Of a stretch of DNA of 64,000 nt, positions 31,530 through 39,795 are shown piece by piece. The position numbers and the translations under genes are program-made. Source of the stretch: an uncultured Chloroflexota bacterium (lineage in GTDB: Bacteria > Chloroflexota > Dehalococcoidia > CAUJGQ01); NCBI GenBank assembly GCA_937879875.1, contig CALFMN010000102.1, forward strand, positions 5,556 to 69,555, read 5' to 3'. Position 1 is the first letter of the stretch. Each line of letters begins with the position of its first letter. The notes under the pieces are model-generated. The model did not search any database. It saw only the letters and a list, made by a program, of their open reading frames with translations, and was not told where the DNA came from.

Positions 31530-32690
31530 ATGCGGCTGAGTCTGGCGTACGAGATGCAGCGGCCGCTGGTGGACGACCACGCGGTGATCGAAGAGACGAT
31601 CGAGCAGTGTGTGCTCGCCGACGAGATGGGCTTCGATTCCGTCTGGTTCGTCGAGCACCACTTCTTGACCAGCTTCTCGATGTCGCCCTGCCCCGAGGTG
31701 ATCTTCGGCGCCCTCAGCCGCCTGACCAAACGCATCCGCCTCGGCTTCGGCGTCGTGATCCTGCCTTACCACCACCCCGTGCGCGTGGCCGAGCGCGTGG
31801 CCATGGTCGATCACCTCTCCGGCGGCCGCGTCGAGTTCGGCACCGGCCGCTCGGCGCCGTATGAGCAGATCGGCATGGGCATCGACCCGCGCAACACCCG
31901 CGCCATGTGGGAAGAGTCGCTGCGCATGATTCCCAAAATCTGGGAGGACGGGCCGTTTTCATGGGAGGGCCAGTTCTGGAACGTGCCCCCGCGCGATGTG
32001 CGCCCCAAGCCGTTCCAGCAGCCGCACCCGCGCATCTGGGTGGCCGCGCTGCAACCCTCGACCTATCAGCTTGCCGCCGAGCTGGGCATCGGCGTGATGG
32101 CGCTCAGCGTGGCCGCGCCGTCGTATCTGGCGCCCTACATCAGCGAGTACAAGACAAACGTGCGCAACGCGCGGCCGGTGGGCAAGTTCATCAACGACCA
32201 GTGGCTGAGCGCGACGATGGGCTTCTGCGGTGAGGACGACGCAGCGGCGCGCGAGTTGGCGGCGCGGTCGCTGCGCACCTTCTTCGGCCCGGACCGGCCG
32301 TACTTGAAGGACCAGATGCATCTCTACGCGCAGCTCGTCGAGTCCTGGGGCGGCGTGCCGGAGCACCTGCAGGCCAACTTCGCGCGTTACCTCAAGAAGG
32401 ACGGCGCCGACGGCGCGCCCGAAGTCGATCTCTCCGGCGGCTCCGGCCAGATCGCCGCGGCGCTGTGGAACCAGATCGACGCCGACACGCTGGTGGAGCG
32501 CGGCGTGCTCGTGGCCGGCGATCCGGAGAGTTGCCTGAAGAGCATCGCCATTCACGAAGCCGCGGGCGTGGACGAGCTGCAGTTCCTGATGGCGACGGAG
32601 ACGGTGCCACACGAGCAGGTGCTGTCCTCGATCGAGCTGTTCGGCAAGCACGTGATTCCCGCGCTGAAGCAGCAGCCGGCGCGGCGCTGA
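31530..32690 (+). CDS. LLM-class (luciferase-like) flavin-dependent oxidoreductase
   Basis: ATG at 31530 follows AAGGAGG. MRLSLAYEMQRP...ADEMGFDSVWFVEHHF...RIRLGFGVVILPYHHPVRVAERVAMVDHLSGGR is typical of LLM proteins. Confidence 0.85.
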   Translation: MRLSLAYEMQRPLVDDHAVIEETIEQCVLADEMGFDSVWFVEHHFLTSFSMSPCPEVIFGALSRLTKRIRLGFGVVILPYHHPVRVAERVAMVDHLSGGRVEFGTGRSAPYEQIGMGIDPRNTRAMWEESLRMIPKIWEDGPFSWEGQFWNVPPRDVRPKPFQQPHPRIWVAALQPSTYQLAAELGIGVMALSVAAPSYLAPYISEYKTNVRNARPVGKFINDQWLSATMGFCGEDDAAARELAARSLRTFFGPDRPYLKDQMHLYAQLVESWGGVPEHLQANFARYLKKDGADGAPEVDLSGGSGQIAAALWNQIDADTLVERGVLVAGDPESCLKSIAIHEAAGVDELQFLMATETVPHEQVLSSIELFGKHVIPALKQQPARR

Positions 32691-32749
32691 GTCATCCGGC
32701 GCGGCCCGGCACCGCAAACAAGCGAACACCGGACTATCCAGCCCGGTTC

Positions 32750-33292
32750 CGCTGGTCGCTGGACCAACTGTGCACGCGAAACGTTGAGGCGCGATTCCCG
32801 CTCGTCTGTCATCTTGAAGAGCAGCTCTGGGAGCTGCGCGAGGAAAGCCGAGGCAACATCTACCGCGTGATTTACTGCTTCTTCACGGGCCGGCGGATCA
32901 TTCTCCTGCACGGCTTTCAGAAGAAAACGCAAAAGACGCCCGAACGCGAGCTTGAAACGGCGCGGCGGCGCTACGAGGACTGGCTGCTTCGGCACGAGTC
33001 GCTTTCGCGACTATTGGGACCGCCAGATGGCCGATCCGCATTCCACCGGGCTTACGTGGAAGAGGGCGCACGGAAAGACTTGTGGCTGCAGCTCGTGGAG
33101 GCGCGCCAGACCGCCAGGCTGACGCAGGCCGAACTGGCGCAGCGGCTCGGCGTCTCGCAGGCACAGGTGGCCCGGATCGAAAGACGCGGTTACGACGCCC
33201 AGACGCTCAGAACGCCGCGTCGCCAAGCAGAAAGGCCGCCTCGAAGAGCGACCCCGCTGACGCGGCCTCTGCCGACGGACGTCGGCGGCTAG
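32750..33292 (+). pseudogene. Decayed HigB(Gp49/RelE-like)-HigA(XRE) toxin-antitoxin module, fused in one frame and lacking a start
   Basis: HLEEQLWELREESRGNIYRVIYCFFTGRRIILLHGFQKKTQKTPERELETARRRYEDWL is a Gp49/HigB-type toxin core. It runs on in the same frame into an XRE HTH (ARLTQAELAQRLGVSQAQVARIERRG). There is no ATG/GTG/TTG between the LLM stop (32690) and the toxin core, about 25-40 N-terminal residues are missing, and the C-terminal tail of the antitoxin is aberrant. Confidence 0.55.
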
Positions 33293-33446
33293 CGGTTTCG
33301 GAGATGCGTTTGGCACTCTTGGATGCTCATGGTATCTTATAGTGAGACGAGGTGAGACGAGCGCACAGCAGCTCGATGCCAGCCGCCGAAGGCCACAGTG
33401 GCATAAGCATCGGCACGGCGCGCTGATGCGCCAAAAAGGAGAACCA

Positions 33447-33953
33447 ATGAGCAGCGAGTTTCTGACTGTGGAGCAGGTGGCTGAGCAGCTACAGGTTCAT
33501 CCCAACACCGTTCGGCGCTGGATGGACGCTGGCGTCCTGCGGAAGGTGCCCCTGCCGGGTCGCACGGTGCGGATTCCGGCGAGCGAGCTGGCGCTCCTAT
33601 CCAGCCAGTCACCCCGCTTCGGCGACCTGATCATGGCCTTCGCCGCCGAGTTGCCTATGCAGACCAGCGTCGCTGGCGACATCGTACAGCGCGGTGAGCG
33701 GAATGGCCTCCGGCTCGCCATGCTCTTCGACTTGAACCGGGCCCGAGTGCTGCGGGTGTGGCGACGGGGTGGGACGGTGACGCGCGCTGAGGCCGATGCG
33801 CTGGGCGATCGGTACGCACACCCCTTCCGCTACCAACCTGGACCCAACGATCGTCGCTACTACACCGAAAAGCTGCCGGGTGGCAAAGGTTGGCTGATCG
33901 CGGAGGACGAGCACGCATTCGAGCACGGGCGCGATCTCACCGAGTTGGAATAA
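33447..33953 (+). CDS. Excisionase-family (MerR-like) HTH protein with uncharacterised C-terminal domain
   Basis: ATG at 33447 follows AAAGGAG. N-terminus LTVEQVAEQLQVHPNTVRRWMDAGVLRKVPLPGRTVRIPASEL matches the excisionase-type HTH. The remaining ~110 aa are unassigned. Confidence 0.6.
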   Translation: MSSEFLTVEQVAEQLQVHPNTVRRWMDAGVLRKVPLPGRTVRIPASELALLSSQSPRFGDLIMAFAAELPMQTSVAGDIVQRGERNGLRLAMLFDLNRARVLRVWRRGGTVTRAEADALGDRYAHPFRYQPGPNDRRYYTEKLPGGKGWLIAEDEHAFEHGRDLTELE

Positions 33954-34222
33954 CCCGGTGCCACCGAGGCCAGCCTGAGACCTCAAATCACCCCTGCTGG
34001 CCGAGCGCGGCCAGCCACGTCAGCAGCTCAGCGATCTCCATGTCCGAAAACGTGGCGGGGGGCTCCGCCAGCGAGCCAGCGGTCGATGCGCTCGCGCCAC
34101 GGCTTCGGTGTCGAGGTCGCTTTACAGCACGGCCGCGGCTTTGATTCCCCGAACCGTCGGCGTCAACGATTGACGCAACGGCGCTGCCGCCTCCCTCGCA
34201 TTCTCTATGCCCAGCGCGTCGG

Positions 34223-34738
34223 TCAAAAGCTCGGCGGATCTTGCACAAGTTGGACCGGTACGCCGTCCTGCAGTACCGTTGTGCCGCTTAACGTGAACGT
34301 CCGAGTCGTCGGAGGAAGACTCGGACAACATAAGGCATCCGACGGCCTATAGTTTGGATAGCTCACTTGAATGCTGTCACCACCTCTCCCAACAAAGCGG
34401 CCTCCCTGAATCGCACCGAGGTAGTTCGTGCCAGAAAAGAAAAACAGCCAAATATCACCACAGCTAATGCACGGGAATTCGTAAGCTTCAATAGCTATGA
34501 AGAGGTCAGATGCAATGTATATGTCCTCAACTGTGAACGAAGTAGCAGCCAGTTCAGGAAATTGGCTTGCACTAGTGTCAGGTGTCATCCCTTCAATCTG
34601 CTGAACGTCGCTAATGATGGTCTGCCCAACTATATTGGGATCTGACTGAGCGCTAACCGGAGTGCTGAAGGCGGCTGGAACAAGCGAGGATGCAATACAC
34701 ACGAAGGCGAACCATAGGAAGTAACGACGTCGCCTCAT
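34223..34738 (-). CDS. Secreted protein, possibly LppP/LprE-like; low-GC gene
   Basis: Signal peptide MRRRRYFLWFAFVCIASSLVPAAFSTPVSA. C-terminal ...SIQVSYPNYRPSDALCCPSLPPT resembles the Y-R-P-x-D-x-x-CCPS motif I recall for LppP/LprE. GC in about 34340-34700 is far below the local background by eye. Confidence 0.5.
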   Translation of the reverse strand: MRRRRYFLWFAFVCIASSLVPAAFSTPVSAQSDPNIVGQTIISDVQQIEGMTPDTSASQFPELAATSFTVEDIYIASDLFIAIEAYEFPCISCGDIWLFFFSGTNYLGAIQGGRFVGRGGDSIQVSYPNYRPSDALCCPSLPPTTRTFTLSGTTVLQDGVPVQLVQDPPSF

Positions 34739-34984
34739 CTCCGGCTTCTCCCTATCGGTCTTCTATGCCGAGCGGTGCTCGCGTATCAGCCGCCGTAGAC
34801 GCGGCACGAGAGCCGCTCGCTTGTCTCACTTCGATCGAGGCGGAACGTTCTCCCGAAGCCGCTCCGCATATGATAGGGATTGCAAGCACTGAATACATGT
34901 GCAGGTGCTCGGCAGCGGCTTCACGCTCAGTGTCGCTGTACACCAGCAGCTGCATCTAACCGCCCCTGCCTAAAGGCTGTCGCC

Positions 34985-37900
34985 TCACTCGTAGCGCAGC
35001 GCCTCGGCGGGGTCGATGCGGCCGGCCTGCCAGGCGGCGAACAGCGTTGTGCTCAGCGCCGACAGATACGCAACCAGCGCGATCAGGCCGACCTCGCCCC
35101 ACGGTACGCGCAGCGTCAGCTCGCGGAAGTCGTTGGAGAGAAAAACGACGACGTTGCGGGCCAGCACGACACCAAGCCCCACGCCCACTCCGACGCCCAG
35201 CAGCGCGATCAGCGAGACTTCCATCAGAAAGCTCGCCTGCACCCAGCGCCGCCGCAGGCCGATCGCCCGCAGCATGCCGATCTCCTGCCGCCGCTCCACC
35301 ACCGCCCGTGTGCTGATCACGCCCAGCGCTGCCATGCCGGAGACGAGCCCGAGCCCCACGAAGCCTTCGAGCAGGTAGTTCAGCAGCCCGCGTACGGTTT
35401 CGAGATTGCGCAGCCCTTCGCCGACGACGCTCGTCTGCATCCCCTGCAGCGCGAACGAGAGGTCGAGGCCGAGCGCCGCCTGGCTCGGGTCGCGGCCGGC
35501 GCGCGTTTGAAAGTAGAACGAGGTCGGCACCGCGGTCCGCGCCGTGGGTGTCGTCACGTTTGTACGCAGCGTCAGCAGACCAGATGGCAGCGCGTCGCGG
35601 TCGTCCACCACGCCGATGATCGTCAGCCGCAGCGGTTTGCCGCTCGTATCACGCAGCCAGATCGGTTCCGGCTTGAACAGCGCCTCGCCCGGCTTCGGCG
35701 CGTTGATGCCGACCGAGCTGTAGCCCGTGCCGTCCGGCAGACTGCCAAGCGAAACCAGCGCCATGCCGGGCCTGGCCGCCAGCGCGTCCCAGACGGCGCC
35801 GTCCGTGGCGTAGCTGCTGGCGCGAGCGCTCAAGCGCAGCCGCGTGCCGCGCAGCATCCCATCGTCTGCCAGGCGGATCGTCGCAGTATGCCAGCTCGCG
35901 GCCTTGCCCGACGGCTGCACGATCTCGGCCGAGATCGTCGCGTCGCTGCCCACGCCGCTGAACTGGTCGGGCTGCGTCGCCGGCGCGCTCGCCAGCGCGG
36001 CGTTGATGTTGGACAGGTTCGCTCCTTCGGGCGCGGCGGCGCTGATGTCGTAGCCCGCTGGCGGCCGCTCGCGGATCACGTACGCCTGGTGGGCGCTCTC
36101 CAAAAGCACGGCCGAAACGACCATGGTGAAGACGACCAGCGAGAACATCGCCACGGCCATGCCGGTGCGAAAGCGATGCTGCAACGGATAGGCGACGGCC
36201 ATCTTCACCGCCGCCGTGGCCGCGCCGCCGCGCCGCAGCAGCCCCGCCAGGCCTTGCAGCGGCCCGGCGAGATTGAACGCCAGCACGACCACGACGCCGG
36301 CGACCATCATCACACCGGAGAGCGCGAACGTCTCGATGCGGTTCACCGCCAGATGATCGTGGCGCTGGATCCAGAATGGCGGTGGGAACGACCAGAACGC
36401 GGTCAGGCCAACGCCTGCCAGCGTGTACGCCGCGCGCTCGACCGGGCCGTGCGGCAGCCGCGCCAGCAAGAGCAGCCAGCGTACGAGCAGCGCCCCGCCC
36501 AGCAGCGCCAGCGAAACGCCGAGCGCAAAGACCACGTACTGATGCCGCGCGTGGCCGTAGAGCAGTATGAACAGACCCACGCCCGCCGGCACGAGGCCGC
36601 GCACGGTCAACATCGCCGGCAGCGTCAGCAGCGCCTGCGCCCCGCTCAGCAGCAGCCCGGCCGCGCGCCGCCCGCCGCCCGCGCCCAGCGAGCGGAAGCC
36701 GCTGCCCAGCGTCGCCAGCCGCGAGCGCGCCTCGCTCGCCATGCCATCACCGAGCCCTTGCGTGGCCGGAATACCGCGGATCGCCTCGACGATGTTGACG
36801 CGGCTCACGCGCCAGGCCGAGACGAGCACCGTGGCGAACGTGACCAGCAAGCCGAGGCAGAAGGCGATCACCAGGCTGCGCGGACTGACCGTGCCCTGCA
36901 CGCCGATGCCGTAGCCCGCCAGTGCGTGCGCCACCAGCCGCACCACGGCCGCGGCTACGAGCATGCCGACTGCCACGCCCAGCAGCGCCGAGGCGAGGTC
37001 GTAGAGCATGCCCTCGAAGGCGAACGACTGGATCAGATGCGAACGCTGCAAGCCGACCGCGCGGGCGATGCCCATCTCGCCGCGCCGCTCGGCCGCGAGC
37101 ATCACAAAGACGAGGAAGACGAGCAGCAGGCTGGCGGCGATGCTGAACAGCCCCAGCACGAGAAAGCTGCTGGTGAGAATGCTGCCGTACTGGTTCGCCT
37201 GGTCGAGCGCGCTCTGCTTCACTTCGACCACGGTGAGCTGGTTCAGGTTGCGCAGCAGCCGGCCGGCGCGGCCCGCGCGCGTCGGCAGGAACGAGGCGGT
37301 GGCGCGCAGCGTGCCGGCGACCTGCGGATCGCCCAGCAGGTAGATCAGGTGATCGTTGACCTTGCCCTGCTCGACCGTGTGCAGCAGGTCGCGGATCTGC
37401 GCCTGGCCGGGGCCGTTGCGCCGCGCGATCAGGCCGTTGAGCACGCTGCGGCCGTTGCTGCTGTCCAGCACCTGCAAAATCTGCTCGGCGGCGTCGCGGT
37501 TGATCAGCGCCTTGCGCAGATCGAGCGCCGCCTGGCGGCTGCACGAGGCGCCGGCGGAACAGCGGTTGACCACGAGGATCTGGTTGATCTGCCCTGCTTC
37601 GGTGCGCAACTGCTGCATCGCCGCGATCGAGAGGAAGATCGTCGGCTGCGCGCCGGCCAGGTCGCCGTTCTGCACCACCGCGGCGACATTCAGCGCCGTC
37701 GGCGTGGGCGGCGTGCCGGGCTTTGCGTCGGGCGGCGCCAGATAGACCTGCACCTGCTTGCCGGCAGCGCTGGAGAGCAGATCGGCGGCCGCCTGGTTCA
37801 GATAGACCTCGTTCGCGCCGAGCGCCGCGATCTCGCGCGGTGCGCCCGCACGGTCTTTCAACGGCGAGAAGCCGGCGGCCATGTGTGGCGGCAGCGCCAG

Positions 37901-38416
37901 CAGCCCGACGCCGGGGTGGATGAGCTGTGAGCCGGCGTCGGCGGCCGGCGCCTGTTCGAGGATGGCGGGCATCACGCCGGCGATCGCGTGGCTCTTGCTC
38001 GCGGCTGCGCTGACCGTCAGAAACTGGTCCTGGTCAAAATAGGGCGTGCTCACCTGCATCAGTGCGCCGCCCGAGGCCAGGTTGTCTAGGCTGCGGCGCG
38101 TGACCTGCGTGGGATCGTTCAATGAAGCCGTGACCGTCTCATCAACGCGGCCGATGCTGCCGGTGATCAGGGAGCGCACGGTCAGCGTCATCGCGTCGCC
38201 GGTGGAGAAGGCGGTGGCGATCACGACGGTGCTGAGCATCAGCCCGATCACGATCACGACCGAGCGCAGCGGCCGGCGCGCGGCATTGCGCAGCCCCAGT
38301 TTCAGCAGCGTGCGCCGCCGCAGCGCGATCAGCCCGAGCACGCCGAGCACGAGCGCCGAGAGCGCTACCAGCACCCGCGCCAGTTCCGTGGTTGAGACGC
38401 CGAACAATGAATCCAT
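34985..38416 (-). CDS. ABC transporter permease with two FtsX domains (MacB/YbbP-like)
   Basis: 1143 aa. N-terminal TM segment plus a large periplasmic region, then two 4-TM FtsX blocks (...ERRGEMGIARAVGLQRSHLIQSFAFEGMLY... and ...ERRQEIGMLRAIGLRRRWVQASFLMEV...). No ATPase gene is adjacent. Confidence 0.85.
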   Translation of the reverse strand: MDSLFGVSTTELARVLVALSALVLGVLGLIALRRRTLLKLGLRNAARRPLRSVVIVIGLMLSTVVIATAFSTGDAMTLTVRSLITGSIGRVDETVTASLNDPTQVTRRSLDNLASGGALMQVSTPYFDQDQFLTVSAAASKSHAIAGVMPAILEQAPAADAGSQLIHPGVGLLALPPHMAAGFSPLKDRAGAPREIAALGANEVYLNQAAADLLSSAAGKQVQVYLAPPDAKPGTPPTPTALNVAAVVQNGDLAGAQPTIFLSIAAMQQLRTEAGQINQILVVNRCSAGASCSRQAALDLRKALINRDAAEQILQVLDSSNGRSVLNGLIARRNGPGQAQIRDLLHTVEQGKVNDHLIYLLGDPQVAGTLRATASFLPTRAGRAGRLLRNLNQLTVVEVKQSALDQANQYGSILTSSFLVLGLFSIAASLLLVFLVFVMLAAERRGEMGIARAVGLQRSHLIQSFAFEGMLYDLASALLGVAVGMLVAAAVVRLVAHALAGYGIGVQGTVSPRSLVIAFCLGLLVTFATVLVSAWRVSRVNIVEAIRGIPATQGLGDGMASEARSRLATLGSGFRSLGAGGGRRAAGLLLSGAQALLTLPAMLTVRGLVPAGVGLFILLYGHARHQYVVFALGVSLALLGGALLVRWLLLLARLPHGPVERAAYTLAGVGLTAFWSFPPPFWIQRHDHLAVNRIETFALSGVMMVAGVVVVLAFNLAGPLQGLAGLLRRGGAATAAVKMAVAYPLQHRFRTGMAVAMFSLVVFTMVVSAVLLESAHQAYVIRERPPAGYDISAAAPEGANLSNINAALASAPATQPDQFSGVGSDATISAEIVQPSGKAASWHTATIRLADDGMLRGTRLRLSARASSYATDGAVWDALAARPGMALVSLGSLPDGTGYSSVGINAPKPGEALFKPEPIWLRDTSGKPLRLTIIGVVDDRDALPSGLLTLRTNVTTPTARTAVPTSFYFQTRAGRDPSQAALGLDLSFALQGMQTSVVGEGLRNLETVRGLLNYLLEGFVGLGLVSGMAALGVISTRAVVERRQEIGMLRAIGLRRRWVQASFLMEVSLIALLGVGVGVGLGVVLARNVVVFLSNDFRELTLRVPWGEVGLIALVAYLSALSTTLFAAWQAGRIDPAEALRYE

Positions 38417-38419
38417 ACG

Positions 38420-39172
38420 TTACTTCGCCGAGTCGATCGCCTGCCAGAACAGCTCGGCGAGGCGGTTATAGCCGGCGCTCGTGGGGTGCAGGCCGTCGGC
38501 GCTGACCAGGCCGGCACGCTCCTTTGCATCCTTCACGTCGCCCCAGGCGATGTAGATGTCGACCAGGGTTGCACCCTGCTCGCCGGCGATGCGGGCGATC
38601 GTCGCGTTCCAGCTCCGCACCAGGCCATCGAGCGCTGCCGGATCGCGGCCGTTGAAGGCGGGCAAGAGGCGCAGATCCGGCAGATTGCCGACGAAGAGCT
38701 TCGCGCCCGTCTGCCGCAGCCCGCTCAGCACGCCGGTCAGGTTCGCCGAGAAGGCGTCGAGCGAGACGTTCTGCTCGATATCGTTGACACCCAGCCAGAC
38801 GGCGGCCAGCGTCGGCGCCGTGTCCTGCGCGACCGGCAGCTCCTGCTCCTCCGCCTGTTGCGCGGTCGCCCCGCTGATGCCGAGGTTCACCACGCGGCTG
38901 CCCGAAGGCAGCTTCGCACCGAGCCGCGCTACCCAGTTGTCCGAATCCGGATTCGTGGCGCCGATGCCGACCGCGTCCGAGGCGCCGATCGCCACCAGCA
39001 CCTGCGCGTGATCGCTGCTTGCCGGAACCATCGATGAGGCCGGAGCGCTCGCCGCCCGGCAGCCAACCAACAGCACGCACAACGCGACGAAGCCGACCAG
39101 GCTCGCCTTCACCACACCACCCACACCCGCACCCCGGACCTGCGCCCTTCGCCCTCCGCCCTCTGCCCTCAT
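38420..39172 (-). CDS. SGNH/GDSL hydrolase family lipoprotein
   Basis: Lipobox-like LLVGC, block I IGASDAVGIGA, block III GVNDI and block V DGLHPT. The stop lies 3 nt before the FtsX permease ATG. The exact start is uncertain (39172, or GTG codons near 39110). Confidence 0.8.
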   Translation of the reverse strand: MRAEGGGRRAQVRGAGVGGVVKASLVGFVALCVLLVGCRAASAPASSMVPASSDHAQVLVAIGASDAVGIGATNPDSDNWVARLGAKLPSGSRVVNLGISGATAQQAEEQELPVAQDTAPTLAAVWLGVNDIEQNVSLDAFSANLTGVLSGLRQTGAKLFVGNLPDLRLLPAFNGRDPAALDGLVRSWNATIARIAGEQGATLVDIYIAWGDVKDAKERAGLVSADGLHPTSAGYNRLAELFWQAIDSAK

Positions 39173-39275
39173 CCCTTGTAATGATACGTCAACATGGGCC
39201 GTTCCAGATGGGCGCGCTATACTCGGGACGTTACGGACGCATCCACTTCAGCTATCGGAGATACGAGAAGGCCGC

Positions 39276-39617
39276 ATGAAGGTTGCAGTACAGGTTTCCT
39301 CCTCTTGCCCGCACCGCGAGGCCACGCTCGACGCGGTCAAGGCTGCCATGGCCGAGGCCGGCATCGCGGGCGAGCCGCAGGTCGTGAGCGTGGGCGACTA
39401 TGAGCAGGCGAAGGCGCTGCGCTGCTTCGGCAGCCCGACGGTGCGCGTGGACGGCGTGGACGTGGAGTACGGCGACCGCGAGCCGGAAGAGTTCACCACC
39501 GGCTGCCGCTACTACAACAGTCCGGACGGCTGGGTGCCCGTGCCGCGCAAAGAGCTGGTGCTGCGCGGCATCGACACGGCGAAGCGCCGGGCTGAGCGCG
39601 CGGCGAAGCCTTCGTAG
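39276..39617 (+). CDS. Small thioredoxin-fold-like protein (hypothetical)
   Basis: 113 aa, high GC3. The pattern MKVAVQVSSSCPH...GSPTVRVDGVDV resembles small thioredoxin/glutaredoxin-like proteins. The assignment is tentative. Confidence 0.45.
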   Translation: MKVAVQVSSSCPHREATLDAVKAAMAEAGIAGEPQVVSVGDYEQAKALRCFGSPTVRVDGVDVEYGDREPEEFTTGCRYYNSPDGWVPVPRKELVLRGIDTAKRRAERAAKPS

Positions 39618-39621
39618 GCGC

Positions 39622-39787
39622 GGCCCTCGCCCTCACCCCCTCCCCTCTCCCAATCCTGGGCGAGGGGCAATCGTGGGTCGAGCGTTCCGATCGCTGAACG
39701 GCTAACCCGGCGCCCTGGCGATCAAGCAACTCATGATCGCCCCTTTCCCTCCAGGATTGGGGGAAAGGGGACGGGGGTATGAGGGCC
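39622..39787. repeat. GC-rich inverted-repeat element E2 (same family as E1)
   Basis: Ends are GGCCCTC... at 39622 and ...TGAGGGCC at 39780-39787. Terminal hairpins CCCCTC-TCCCAATCCTGGGC-GAGGGG (about 39641-39666) and CCCTTTCCC-TCCAGGATTGG-GGGAAAGGG (about 39741-39769) carry mutually complementary loops. The element lies between the convergent thioredoxin-like and herA genes. Confidence 0.7.
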
Positions 39788-39795
39788 GACTGCTC

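Noticed and set aside
34880-37930. 1016-aa plus-strand ORF
   Set aside because: It lies entirely antisense to the well-supported double-FtsX permease gene. Its translation is a low-complexity Arg/Ala/Gln/His-rich sequence with no motifs or SD. This is a typical long shadow ORF in high-GC DNA.
39276-39617. Thioredoxin-like protein as a selenoprotein linked to the nearby selB
   Set aside because: The ORF has no in-frame TGA and reads SCPH with an ordinary Cys. I found no SECIS-like hairpin, and the gene is separated from selB by the whole herA-nurA cluster.
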